64,000 nucleotides of DNA from an uncultured Tateyamaria sp. GTDB taxonomy: Bacteria > Pseudomonadota > Alphaproteobacteria > Rhodobacterales > Rhodobacteraceae. Positions within the stretch are counted from its first letter, which is position 1, and each line of letters begins with the position of its first letter. Below, piece after piece: positions 17,052-26,834 of the stretch. Location of the stretch: contig NZ_CANMEU010000015.1 of the NCBI RefSeq assembly GCF_947497045.1, positions 3,470 to 67,469 on the forward strand. Direction: 5' to 3'. The notes under the pieces were generated by a model. The model saw only the letters and a program-made list of their open reading frames with translations, had not been told where the DNA came from and did not search any database. A program made the translations under genes and the position numbers.

Positions 17052-18311
17052 ATGACTTTCAAATTTACGACCGCCGTCGGCACATTGCTATGCGCCGCCG
17101 CGCCCGCCTTTGCGGACAAGGCCGCGGTTCTGGACAATTACGCCGACATCGCATTGGCCAAATACACGGACAGCCTGACAACGGGCCAGTCCCTTCTGGC
17201 GGCGGTCAACAACCTCACTGAAAACCCCTCTGCCGAAGCACTGCAAGCGGCCAAGGACGCATGGCTTGCAGCCCGCGTGCCCTATCAGCAAACCGAGGTC
17301 TACCGTTTTGGCAATGCCATCGTCGATGACTGGGAGGGCAAGGTAAACGCCTGGCCGCTGGACGAGGGGCTGATCGACTATGTGGACGGCACCTATGGCG
17401 GTGCGACGGACGAAAACGAATATGCGGTGCTGAACGTCGTGGCGAACCCGTCCTTCACCCTGTCGGGCAACACGATCGACGCATCCGACATCACGCCTGC
17501 CCTGCTTGAAGGATCGCTGCACGAAGCGGACGGCGTGGAATCCAATGTCGCCACCGGCTACCACGCCGTTGAATTTCTGCTCTGGGGTCAGGATCTGAAT
17601 GGCCACGGCGCAGGTGCAGGCAACCGCCCCTGGACGGACTATGCCTCGGGCGATGCCTGCACAGGCGGAAACTGCGACCGCCGCGCTGACTATCTGACGG
17701 CGGCAACGGCGCTGCTGGTGTCCGATCTGGAATGGATGGTCGCGCAATGGCAGGACGACGGGGACGCCCGCACCCAACTCAGCGCAGACGAAAACGCCGG
17801 GATCAGCGCAATCCTGACGGGCATGGGGTCACTGTCTTACGGGGAAACGGCGGGCGAACGGATGCGCTTGGGCGTGATGCTGAATGACCCCGAAGAAGAA
17901 CATTCCTGCTTTGCCGACAACACCTACAACGACCATTTCTACAACGCGGTGGGCATCCGCAACGTTTATCTGGGCAGCTACACGCGGGTGGATGGGTCCA
18001 TCGTCTCGGGCGAGTCGCTGGCATCATTGGTCGCCGCTGCGGATGCAGGCGTGGACGCAGAGATGCGGGCCAAGCTGGATGCAACCATCCTGAAAATGCT
18101 GGACATGAAGATCGCAGCCGAAGCCGGGTTTGCCTACGATTCAATGCTCGAACGTGGCAACGCCGCGGGTGAGGCGTTGATCATGGGCGGGGTGGACGCA
18201 CTCATCGACCAGACCCGGTCGATTGAACGGGCCGTGGTCGCCCTGGGCGGCAATGCGATCGAGATCGAAGGATCCGACAGCCTCGATGATCCGGAGGCCG
18301 TGTTCCAATAA
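17052..18311 (+). CDS. Imelysin-family (peptidase M75-like) iron-regulated protein A-like lipoprotein/periplasmic protein
   Basis: Signal peptide. Family-typical region GYHAVEFLLWGQD. Confidence 0.85.
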   Translation: MTFKFTTAVGTLLCAAAPAFADKAAVLDNYADIALAKYTDSLTTGQSLLAAVNNLTENPSAEALQAAKDAWLAARVPYQQTEVYRFGNAIVDDWEGKVNAWPLDEGLIDYVDGTYGGATDENEYAVLNVVANPSFTLSGNTIDASDITPALLEGSLHEADGVESNVATGYHAVEFLLWGQDLNGHGAGAGNRPWTDYASGDACTGGNCDRRADYLTAATALLVSDLEWMVAQWQDDGDARTQLSADENAGISAILTGMGSLSYGETAGERMRLGVMLNDPEEEHSCFADNTYNDHFYNAVGIRNVYLGSYTRVDGSIVSGESLASLVAAADAGVDAEMRAKLDATILKMLDMKIAAEAGFAYDSMLERGNAAGEALIMGGVDALIDQTRSIERAVVALGGNAIEIEGSDSLDDPEAVFQ

Positions 18312-18433
18312 GGCTCCCCCGCGCGGTTGCGGCGTTCCCGAAAACGCGACCGCGCACATCTGTCACCCTCGGGTGGCACAGCGCGCACCGGTTGCCTTCG
18401 CAGGGCCGGTGCGCGTGTTGATTCCCTCAACCT

Positions 18434-18898
18434 TCAGGAATTGTCCGCAAGCGATGGACCATAGTCCGAAATGTGACCAACCAGATAGCGGATCAACCGA
18501 CGGTGTTGCGGCAGCACGCGAGAACCCAACAGAAAATTCATGCTGGCGCTGTCACCGCGCGCATGGGCCTTGCCCAATTCCACCAGCCATGTCTCGTCAA
18601 AACTCATTTCAAGCGTGCCGGGTGCATGTAAACGAGGGGACTTGCCCAAGGCCTCGGCCAGACAGCGCATCAACGCCTCGGCGTGTGCCTCCCGGCTGGC
18701 GGATCGGGTCACTTGCAACAAGGCGCAGGCCTCAAACAGGTCCGCACGCGGTTTGGTGCGACATTCCATCGCCTTGAGGCGCAGCTGATCGAGATAGGCA
18801 AAAGCCTGCGGTGCAAGTGGGGTGACGGGCCGGGGCTCAGCAGATACATTCAAACGTAAGGGCACCATGTCGCAGGTCTTTCTTTGCAAAGCAGGCAT
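18434..18898 (-). CDS. Hypothetical protein, paralogue of 16538-17017
   Basis: The segment SPRLHAPGTLEMSFDETWLVELGKAHARGDSASMNFLLGSRV aligns with the paralogue. The start is uncertain (alternative Met at 18868). Confidence 0.55.
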   Translation of the reverse strand: MPALQRKTCDMVPLRLNVSAEPRPVTPLAPQAFAYLDQLRLKAMECRTKPRADLFEACALLQVTRSASREAHAEALMRCLAEALGKSPRLHAPGTLEMSFDETWLVELGKAHARGDSASMNFLLGSRVLPQHRRLIRYLVGHISDYGPSLADNS

Positions 18899-18941
18899 GA
18901 ATCATTTTGCCAAAACCTATTCCTGAGTATATTTATAAGTT

Positions 18942-20465
18942 ATGAAGCAGATCACAACCTTTAAGCTGACACTTGTTGCCATAAGCCTGTCAATTCCTGG
19001 GGGTGCATCCGCTGAATTGGCGGATCTGCACATGCCGGTAATCCCCCGCACACAGGCCGAAGCCGAGCGGATCCTTCAGGTCATCGCCCCGACCACGGAT
19101 TTCGAAAAAGCTGAACAATTTGAAAGCAATTCGGCAGGTTCGGCGACCGTACGGGTCATCAATACAGCCGATGCTTTCTCGTTGCCGTCAGACAATATCA
19201 GCTTTGAAAAAGAGCTGGATTTCAAGGTTGGGAACGGACTTTTCAGGAAGCTGTGGGTGTCCGCGCCCTCGTCCACGCTGGCTTCTGACGGTCTTGGACC
19301 CCTGTTCAACGCGCGGTCCTGCCAACGCTGCCATCTCAAGGACGGGCGCGGCCATCCGCCCGATGGCCCACATGACTCCGCGACATCAATGCTGATGCGC
19401 ATTTCGGTCCCCGGCGGTGTCGCACCACAAGAGATCGCGGATTACATCGCAACCCTGCCAGAGCCCACCTATGGCACACAGATACAGGATGCTTCGGTGG
19501 CCGACATCCCCGCCGAGGCCAAAATCCAGATCACCTATACCGAGCAGACAATCGCACTTTCGGGGGGTAAAACGGCGACTTTGCGCCGTCCGGATTACGC
19601 ATTGACCGATCTCGGCTATGGCGATCTGCACCCTGACGTTATGGTCAGCCCGCGCATCGCGCCGCAGATGATTGGCCTTGGCCAGCTTGACGCGATCCCG
19701 GCGGCGGACATTCTGGCGCGCGCAGACCCGGACGATGCAGATGGCGATGGCATTTCGGGCCGCGCCCAGATCGTGATGTCGTCGCGATACGGCGCACCGA
19801 TGCTGGGCCGTTTTGGGTTGAAGGCAGGTCAGCCGTCGATCTGGGAACAATCCGCCAGCGCCTTTGCGGGAGATATCGGTATTTCGACCACCCTGCACCC
19901 TTCAGGGTTCGGGGATTGCACCCAGGCACAGACCAAATGCCGCACGGCCCCCAACGGGAATACCGCGGCGCATGATGATGCAGAGATCGGGGATATGGGT
20001 CTTGAGCTTGTATCCTTTTACTCCACCAATCTCGCTGTGCCTGCGCGCCGTGATGTAAGCGATCCGCAGGTCCTGCGCGGCAAACAGGTGTTTTATGAAA
20101 CGGGCTGCATTGCCTGCCACACACCCAAACACGTGACCCACCGGCTTGAGGGGCAGCCCGAACAGAGTTTCCAACTGATCTGGCCTTATACCGACATGCT
20201 TTTGCACGATATGGGCCCGGACCTTGCCGACAACCGGCCCGAGGGGCGGGCGACGGGTCAGGAATGGCGCACCCCGCCGCTGTGGGGGGTCGGCTTGACC
20301 GAACAGGTGTCAGGCCACACCTTTTTCCTGCACGACGGGCGCGCGCGCAACCTGCTCGAAGCGGTGCTGTGGCATGGCGGCGAAGCCGAGGCGCAAAAAC
20401 AATCCGTCATCGACATGGACCCGCCGGATCGTGCCGCCCTTCTCCGTTTCCTGGAAAGCCTCTGA
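18942..20465 (+). CDS. DUF1111 di-haem oxidoreductase ('thiol oxidoreductase')
   Basis: Signal peptide. Two CxxCH motifs (CQRCH, CIACH). About 500 aa, sitting between two imelysin genes. Confidence 0.85.
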   Translation: MKQITTFKLTLVAISLSIPGGASAELADLHMPVIPRTQAEAERILQVIAPTTDFEKAEQFESNSAGSATVRVINTADAFSLPSDNISFEKELDFKVGNGLFRKLWVSAPSSTLASDGLGPLFNARSCQRCHLKDGRGHPPDGPHDSATSMLMRISVPGGVAPQEIADYIATLPEPTYGTQIQDASVADIPAEAKIQITYTEQTIALSGGKTATLRRPDYALTDLGYGDLHPDVMVSPRIAPQMIGLGQLDAIPAADILARADPDDADGDGISGRAQIVMSSRYGAPMLGRFGLKAGQPSIWEQSASAFAGDIGISTTLHPSGFGDCTQAQTKCRTAPNGNTAAHDDAEIGDMGLELVSFYSTNLAVPARRDVSDPQVLRGKQVFYETGCIACHTPKHVTHRLEGQPEQSFQLIWPYTDMLLHDMGPDLADNRPEGRATGQEWRTPPLWGVGLTEQVSGHTFFLHDGRARNLLEAVLWHGGEAEAQKQSVIDMDPPDRAALLRFLESL

Positions 20466-20466
20466 C

Positions 20467-21435
20467 ATGCGACTCGCCCTTATCCTGCCCTTCTGCGCCC
20501 TGCCCGCATTTGCAGATGTGGATCGCGCACTCGACACCCACATCCTGCCCGCCCAGACGGAATTGGCGGACACGACGCAAGCACTGGCCGACACAGCGCA
20601 AGCTGATTGCACGCCGCAGGCCGTACGCCCCGCCTTCCACATCGCCTATGACGCCTGGATCAGCATCAGCCACATCCAGTTCGGCCCACTCGAAGATCAG
20701 GCACTCACGTTGCCCATGTCCTTCTGGCCCGACCCCAAGGACAGCACGGGCAAGGCCCTCGCCCGCCTGACCGCAGCGCGCGACCCTATCGTGGATGACC
20801 CCGACAACTTTGACGATGTGTCCGCAGCGGCCCAAGGGTTCACGGCACTGGAACGGATGCTCTATGACCCGCAGCCCGACGCCGATTATGCCTGCCGTCT
20901 GACGCAGGCCATTGCCACCGGGCTGGCCCGGAAATCGGAGGCCATCACCCATGACTGGCCCGCCTTTGCCGATCTCATGCGCAGCGCGGGCACAGACGGG
21001 AATACCCGCTTCCAGGATGAAGATGAGGCCCGCCGCGCGCTTTACACGGCCCTGTCCACCGGGCTCCAATTTCTGCATGACCAACGCCTTGGCCGTCCTC
21101 TGGGCACGTTCGATCGACCCAGACCCCGTCGGGCCGAGGCGCGGCGCTCTGAACGCACACTCCGACATATCCAACTGCAACTCGCAGCGCTCGAAACGCT
21201 TGCGACGGCCATGACTGACACCGACCTTACGCAAACCCGCACGGCCTTTGCCGAAGCCCGGCAACGAGCCAAAACGCTGGACGATCCGGCACTGCAAGAT
21301 GTCGCGGACCCCGCCAGACGGTTCAAGGTCGAGGTGCTGCAACAGGCGGTTCGCGCCGTGCAAGTGGCCATGATCAACGAGATCGGCACACCCCTTGGCA
21401 TCAGCGCCGGGTTCAACTCACTCGACGGGGACTGA
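20467..21435 (+). CDS. Imelysin-like protein (second copy)
   Basis: The start was moved to MRLALILPFCALPAFA (signal peptide), 1 nt after the upstream stop. Confidence 0.8.
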   Translation: MRLALILPFCALPAFADVDRALDTHILPAQTELADTTQALADTAQADCTPQAVRPAFHIAYDAWISISHIQFGPLEDQALTLPMSFWPDPKDSTGKALARLTAARDPIVDDPDNFDDVSAAAQGFTALERMLYDPQPDADYACRLTQAIATGLARKSEAITHDWPAFADLMRSAGTDGNTRFQDEDEARRALYTALSTGLQFLHDQRLGRPLGTFDRPRPRRAEARRSERTLRHIQLQLAALETLATAMTDTDLTQTRTAFAEARQRAKTLDDPALQDVADPARRFKVEVLQQAVRAVQVAMINEIGTPLGISAGFNSLDGD

Positions 21436-22511
21436 TGCCCTCGCGACGCGCCTTTCTGGCCGGGCTGGCCTCGGCCTCTGTCACACCCACGCTCGGGTGG
21501 TCTGACGTTGGCAATCCGATCGCCCTGAGCGCGGCAATGACCCCAGAGGGGCAACATGTTCTGGTCGGACTGTCGGTGACGGGAGCGATCACCTTCCAGC
21601 TGCCCCTGCCCGCCCGCGGTCACGCCGCCGCAGCGCATCCTCATCTGGCCGAAGCGGTTGCCATCGCCCGCCGTCCCGGCACCTTTGCCAAGGTGATCAA
21701 CTGCGCAACGGGCCACGTCGCCCAAACCCTGACCGCACCCTTCGGGCATCACTTTTACGGGCACGGCGCATTTTCGGCAGATGGCGCGCTGTTGTTCACC
21801 ACCGAAAACGAGATCGCAACCGGTCAGGGGCGGATCGGGGTCTGGGACCGCAGCGCAGGCTACACGCGGCTGGATGCGTTCGCCTCTGCCGGGATCGGAC
21901 CACATGAAATCCTGCGGCTGCCCGGCGGCATGCTGGCGGTGGCAAATGGTGGGATCCGCACCCATCCCGATACGGGCCGGGATAAACTGAACCTGGACAC
22001 GATGCGACCCAACCTGGCCCTGTTCGACACGGGCGGGCAGCTGACCGACCTTGCCGAAGGGCCCGCCGCCGAACACCTCAACTCGCTGCGCCACATCTCG
22101 GTGGGGACAAACGGCACCATTGCCTGCGGTTTCCAATGGCAAGGCGATCCGTTCGAGGCACCCGCCCTTGTGGGCCTCTACAAAGGGAACGGGACCCTGA
22201 TCCCGGCACACATCAACGACCTGACCCTACGCCAACTTGATGGATATATCGGCAGCGTGAGTGCCTTTGGCACGCATATCGCCGCCTCGGCGCCGCGCGG
22301 GGGGCACATGCTGACCTTTGATCAAAGCGGCGCGGAGACCGGCGTGCACCGCGCAGCGGATGTGTGCGGGCTGTGCAGTACGCCGCAGAACAGCTGCCTC
22401 GTCACCGACGGGTTCGGGCATGTCTACACACTCTCGGACGCGGACCTCACCTTGCGGGCAAAACACCCGCTGGCCTTCGACAATCATCTTGTCGCCCTGA
22501 CTGCGGCCTGA
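21435..22511 (+). CDS. DUF1513 Tat-exported beta-propeller-like protein
   Basis: Tat motif (SRRAFLAGLA). TGATG overlap with the upstream gene. It holds the fourth position of the known four-gene module. Confidence 0.8.
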   Translation: MPSRRAFLAGLASASVTPTLGWSDVGNPIALSAAMTPEGQHVLVGLSVTGAITFQLPLPARGHAAAAHPHLAEAVAIARRPGTFAKVINCATGHVAQTLTAPFGHHFYGHGAFSADGALLFTTENEIATGQGRIGVWDRSAGYTRLDAFASAGIGPHEILRLPGGMLAVANGGIRTHPDTGRDKLNLDTMRPNLALFDTGGQLTDLAEGPAAEHLNSLRHISVGTNGTIACGFQWQGDPFEAPALVGLYKGNGTLIPAHINDLTLRQLDGYIGSVSAFGTHIAASAPRGGHMLTFDQSGAETGVHRAADVCGLCSTPQNSCLVTDGFGHVYTLSDADLTLRAKHPLAFDNHLVALTAA

Positions 22512-22877
22512 ACTGTACAGACAAGGCACCATCGCCGATTTCATTTGACAGCTTCATGGGACGATGCTCTGCTTTGGCATCGATATTGATTGCATTGGCT
22601 CAATGGAAAACCACAGCGCACCCTGTTGTATCAGACGGTTGGACAAGTCCAATCTGGTCTGCTGTTGAAGGTGATGCACAACTGACGACTGGCCTGTGGT
22701 TGACAGTGGCACTGACAACACCGGACAAATCCCAAGCCTGATTTTCCCGCACCGTCTGACCTCAAGACAACCCGCCACGCGACATCACGTTTTCCAGCAA
22801 TTGGACTGTGGGCCGTGCGCCTTGGATGCCTCGTCGCATCGGCCCGGCCACATTTGCATCTCGCACCGGATCAACAC

Positions 22878-25800
22878 ATGAACAACGCAGAACCCGCCCC
22901 CCGTCTGGCTGTCGATATTGGCGGCACTTTCACGGATATCGCCATCGAACATGGCACCAAAATCGACACGGCCAAAACCCTCACATCCCATGACGACCCA
23001 GTCCGGGGGGTCCTGCAAGGCATCCGCTACGCACTTGATGAAGCGGGGCGCGCCCCGGCTGAATTCGGGTCGATCATTCATGGCACCACACTGGCCACAA
23101 ACGCGCTGATCGAACGACGCGGGGCATCGGTTGCCGTCATGACCACCGAAGGGTTCCGCGACATTCTCGAAATCGGGTACGAGCGCCGCTTTGACCAATA
23201 CGACATCAACATCGAAAAACAGGACCTGATCGTGCCACGCGACATGGTGTTCACCGTGCCCGAACGGGTCGGGGTCTCGGGCGAGGTGTTGCAGCCGCTC
23301 GACCTCGCAGCCGTTGAGGCGCAGATCCTTGAGGCGCGCGATGCAGGTGCCGGCAGTCTGGCCGTCTGCCTGTTGCACAGCTACAAGAACCGCGCCCACG
23401 AATTCGCAATCCGGGAGGTCGCAGCCCGCATCGCGCCCGAACTGTCGGTGACCTTGTCTTGCGAAGTGTCCCCCGAAATCCGCGAGTTCGACCGGCTGTG
23501 TACAACGGTCTGCAACGCCTACATCAAGCCCTTGATGGCCGGATACCTCTCCGAACTCAGAACCCGGCTTGAGGCGACAGGGTTTGGCTGCCCACTGTTC
23601 ATTATGACCTCGGGCGGGGGGATGACGGACCTGAAAACCGCCATCGACTTCCCCATTCGCCTTGTGGAATCCGGCCCCAGTGGCGGTGCGATCATGGCCG
23701 CAAAAATTGCGCAGGAACGCCAGATCGACAAGGTCGTGTCCTTTGATATGGGCGGCACCACGGCCAAGATCACGCTGATCGAAAACCAGGTGCCCAAATC
23801 CTCCCGCGCGTTTGAAATCGACCGGACCGCGCGGTTTATGAAAGGCAGCGGCATCCCGGTTCGCATCCCCGTCATCGAAATGATCGAGATTGGGGCCGGT
23901 GGTGGATCCATCGCGCGCATCGACGGGATGGGCCGGTTGCGCATTGGACCCAAAAGCGCGTCTTCCAATCCCGGCCCCGCCTGCTATGGCAAGGGCGGTC
24001 AGGATGCGACGGTGACCGATGCGGATGTGTCCATCGGCTATATCGATCCTGCTGCCTTTGCCGAGGGCCGCCTGACCCTCCGACCCGACCTTTCGGACAA
24101 CGCAATCAAAGGCAGTATCGGGCAAGCTCTGGACCTGTCCCTGACCGAGGCCGCTGACGCCATTTCCCGGACCGTGGACGAGGCGATGGCCAACGCAGCG
24201 CGCATGCACGCGGTCGAGCAGGGCAAGGACCTGACAGACTGCACGATGGTGGCCTTTGGTGGCAACGGCCCGCTGCATGCGACGCGCATTGCCGAGCGGA
24301 CGGGCGTGCGCAAGATCATCGTGCCACCCAATCCCAGTGTCGGGTCAGCCATCGGGTTCCTCTTTGCGCCGGTGTCCTTTGAAACCGTGCGCACCTTTCC
24401 GGCCCAATCCTCGGCGTTTCCGATAGCGAAGGTGAACGCACTGCTCAACGAGATGGCCGAACACGCGACCCAAATCGTCAAGGCGGGGGCCCAGGGGCGC
24501 GATGTCCAAGTGCGGCGCATCGCCTTTGCGCGCTATGCCGGTCAGGGTCAGGAAATTGAAATCGATATTCCACACGGGCCCATCGACGGCGCGGCCCTAA
24601 GGGCGCTGATCGCTGCGTTTGAGGTCGAATATCAACGCCAGTTCAGCCGCATCGTGCCGGGGATGGAAGTGGAATTCATCAACTGGTCGGTGACAGCCTC
24701 CAACGATCCACCACGCCCGACGCCAGTGGGTGCAACACCCGGCGACTGCGTTCAAGCCAAACCAAGCGCCACCCGGCAACTCAAGATCGGACCGAACGCA
24801 CAAGGCGTCGATGTGCCCGTCTACCAGCGTGCTGCCCTGTCGGCGGGCCAGTGCCTGAGCGGCCCCGCCCTGATCACCGAGCCGCAGACAACCACCTATG
24901 TCTCGCCCCTGTTTGACGTCGAAATCGACGCCGCCCTCAACATCGTGATGCAGCGCAACGAGGTCGAGGCGGGCCGCGATGGGCAGGCACGCTCGACCCT
25001 CGATCTGCAAGTGATGTGGGATCGGCTGCTCGCGGCGGTCGAGGAACAGGGACAGGTCCTGATCCGTACCGCCTTCAGCCCCATCGTGCGCGAATGCGGC
25101 GATATCTCGGCGGGCATTTTCGACCCAGACGGTGATATGTTGGCGCAAGCCGTGACCGGCACGCCGGGCCATATCAACACAATGGCGGAAACGGTCAAAC
25201 TGATGCTGCCGCATCTGGATGTGGGGGCGATGCGCCCGGGCGATGTCTATTGCACCAACGATCCGTGGATCGGGGCCGGGCATCTGAACGACATCGCTCT
25301 GATTGCACCCATTATCCTCGGCGGGGCACTGGTCGCCTTCACCGCCTGCACCTCTCACGTCTATGACCTTGGGGGGCGGGGCATGGGCCCGGACGGCACC
25401 GACGTCTTTGACGAAGGGCTGTTCATTCCGGTCTGCAAACTGGTGGATCGCGGCGACGTCAACCGGCTGGTTGTGGACTTCATCAAGGCCAATTCACGCT
25501 CCCCGATCTCGAATGAAGGGGACATCTACGCGCTGATCGCGTGCTGCGATGTCGCCGCCGACCGCGTGGTCCAAATGATGCAGGAATTCAGCCTGCCCAA
25601 TCTGGATGAGTTGGGCGCACACATCCTGCACAGCTCGAAAATGGCGACCGAGGCGGCCATTCGCGCATTGCCCTGCGGCACCTATCACAGCGCGCTCGAC
25701 ATCGACGGCTATGATTTCGAGATCAGGCTTTGTGCCGCAATGACCATTTCCGATAACCGCATCACCATCGACCTGTCGGGGACCTCCGGGCATTCGGCAT

Positions 25801-26693
25801 TGGGGATCAACTGCCCGATCAACTACACTGCCGCCTATGGCGTCTTTGCCATGCGGTGCCTGATCGGACCCGAAGTGCCAAACAACGCCGCCTCGCTTGC
25901 GCCCTTTGTCTTTGTCGCCCCCAAGGATTGCATCCTGAACGCACAGTCCCCCGCCCCCGTGGCCATGCGCCATGCCACTGGCCAGATGGTGGCCGATCTG
26001 GTGTTCGGGGCGCTGCATCAGGCTGTGCCGGGGCTGGCCCCCGCAGAAGGGGCCACATGCCTTTGGGATCTGCCGATCCGCAGTGCGCCCTCCGCCGCGC
26101 GCGGGGGCAGCACAGCAACCGTCTTTGCGACCGAGTTCACCCATTCGGGTGGCACGGGCGCGCGCCCCGCCAGGGACGGGCTGTCGGCCACGGCCTTTCC
26201 AAGTGGCGTGTTCGGCACCCAGACCGAGATCGCGGAAAGCACCGCCCCGATCCGCTATCTGCGGCGCGAGCTGATCCCCGACAGCGGGGGCGCTGGCACG
26301 TTTCGGGGCGGGCTTGGCCAGATCATCGAAATGGAAAGCAGCGAGGACGCGGATATCCTGCTGCTGGCAGGGGTCGAGCGGGTCAAATTCCCCGCCAATG
26401 GCCGCGATGGCGGATTGCAGGGTGCGGCAGGGCATATCCAACTCCGCTCTGGCCCTGTGCTGCGGTGCAAGGGCGAACAGACGATCCCGGCGGGTGATCT
26501 GTTGTACTGGCACACACCGGGAGGGGCCGGATATGGCGACCCGCTCGGGCGCGATCCGGCGCTTGTGGCCCGGGATGTGCGCCAAGGGCTGGTGACGCCC
26601 GAGGCCGCGCGGGATCTGTACGGTGTCGTCTTGCAGGCCGATGGGACCGTGGATGCTGATGCGACGGGCATGCTGCGCGATCCCGATCCCTAG
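22878..26693 (+). CDS. Fused hydantoinase/oxoprolinase A+B (HyuA-HyuB type)
   Basis: The start was moved to MNNAEPAPRLAVDIGGTFTDIA (HyuA N-terminal motif). The second half has HyuB-type regions (DPWIGAGHLNDI, GGGAGYGDP). Confidence 0.9.
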   Translation: MNNAEPAPRLAVDIGGTFTDIAIEHGTKIDTAKTLTSHDDPVRGVLQGIRYALDEAGRAPAEFGSIIHGTTLATNALIERRGASVAVMTTEGFRDILEIGYERRFDQYDINIEKQDLIVPRDMVFTVPERVGVSGEVLQPLDLAAVEAQILEARDAGAGSLAVCLLHSYKNRAHEFAIREVAARIAPELSVTLSCEVSPEIREFDRLCTTVCNAYIKPLMAGYLSELRTRLEATGFGCPLFIMTSGGGMTDLKTAIDFPIRLVESGPSGGAIMAAKIAQERQIDKVVSFDMGGTTAKITLIENQVPKSSRAFEIDRTARFMKGSGIPVRIPVIEMIEIGAGGGSIARIDGMGRLRIGPKSASSNPGPACYGKGGQDATVTDADVSIGYIDPAAFAEGRLTLRPDLSDNAIKGSIGQALDLSLTEAADAISRTVDEAMANAARMHAVEQGKDLTDCTMVAFGGNGPLHATRIAERTGVRKIIVPPNPSVGSAIGFLFAPVSFETVRTFPAQSSAFPIAKVNALLNEMAEHATQIVKAGAQGRDVQVRRIAFARYAGQGQEIEIDIPHGPIDGAALRALIAAFEVEYQRQFSRIVPGMEVEFINWSVTASNDPPRPTPVGATPGDCVQAKPSATRQLKIGPNAQGVDVPVYQRAALSAGQCLSGPALITEPQTTTYVSPLFDVEIDAALNIVMQRNEVEAGRDGQARSTLDLQVMWDRLLAAVEEQGQVLIRTAFSPIVRECGDISAGIFDPDGDMLAQAVTGTPGHINTMAETVKLMLPHLDVGAMRPGDVYCTNDPWIGAGHLNDIALIAPIILGGALVAFTACTSHVYDLGGRGMGPDGTDVFDEGLFIPVCKLVDRGDVNRLVVDFIKANSRSPISNEGDIYALIACCDVAADRVVQMMQEFSLPNLDELGAHILHSSKMATEAAIRALPCGTYHSALDIDGYDFEIRLCAAMTISDNRITIDLSGTSGHSALGINCPINYTAAYGVFAMRCLIGPEVPNNAASLAPFVFVAPKDCILNAQSPAPVAMRHATGQMVADLVFGALHQAVPGLAPAEGATCLWDLPIRSAPSAARGGSTATVFATEFTHSGGTGARPARDGLSATAFPSGVFGTQTEIAESTAPIRYLRRELIPDSGGAGTFRGGLGQIIEMESSEDADILLLAGVERVKFPANGRDGGLQGAAGHIQLRSGPVLRCKGEQTIPAGDLLYWHTPGGAGYGDPLGRDPALVARDVRQGLVTPEAARDLYGVVLQADGTVDADATGMLRDPDP

Positions 26694-26834
26694 GCCCCGG
26701 GCACCACCTTATCCCTCTGTTCTGAAGCCGTTTTGGCAAAATATGTCACCGGGACACAGGAAGGTCATTTACCTTTTGACCAGACCCCGCACTATTGTCC
26801 CTTAACAAGACGTCCCAGATAGAAGTACCCAAGC

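Noticed and set aside
22512-22877. A 365-nt gap between the DUF1513 gene and hyuAB. I examined it for a small gene or a structured RNA.
   Set aside because: I recognised no credible ORF, repeat or known RNA motif. It is left unannotated.
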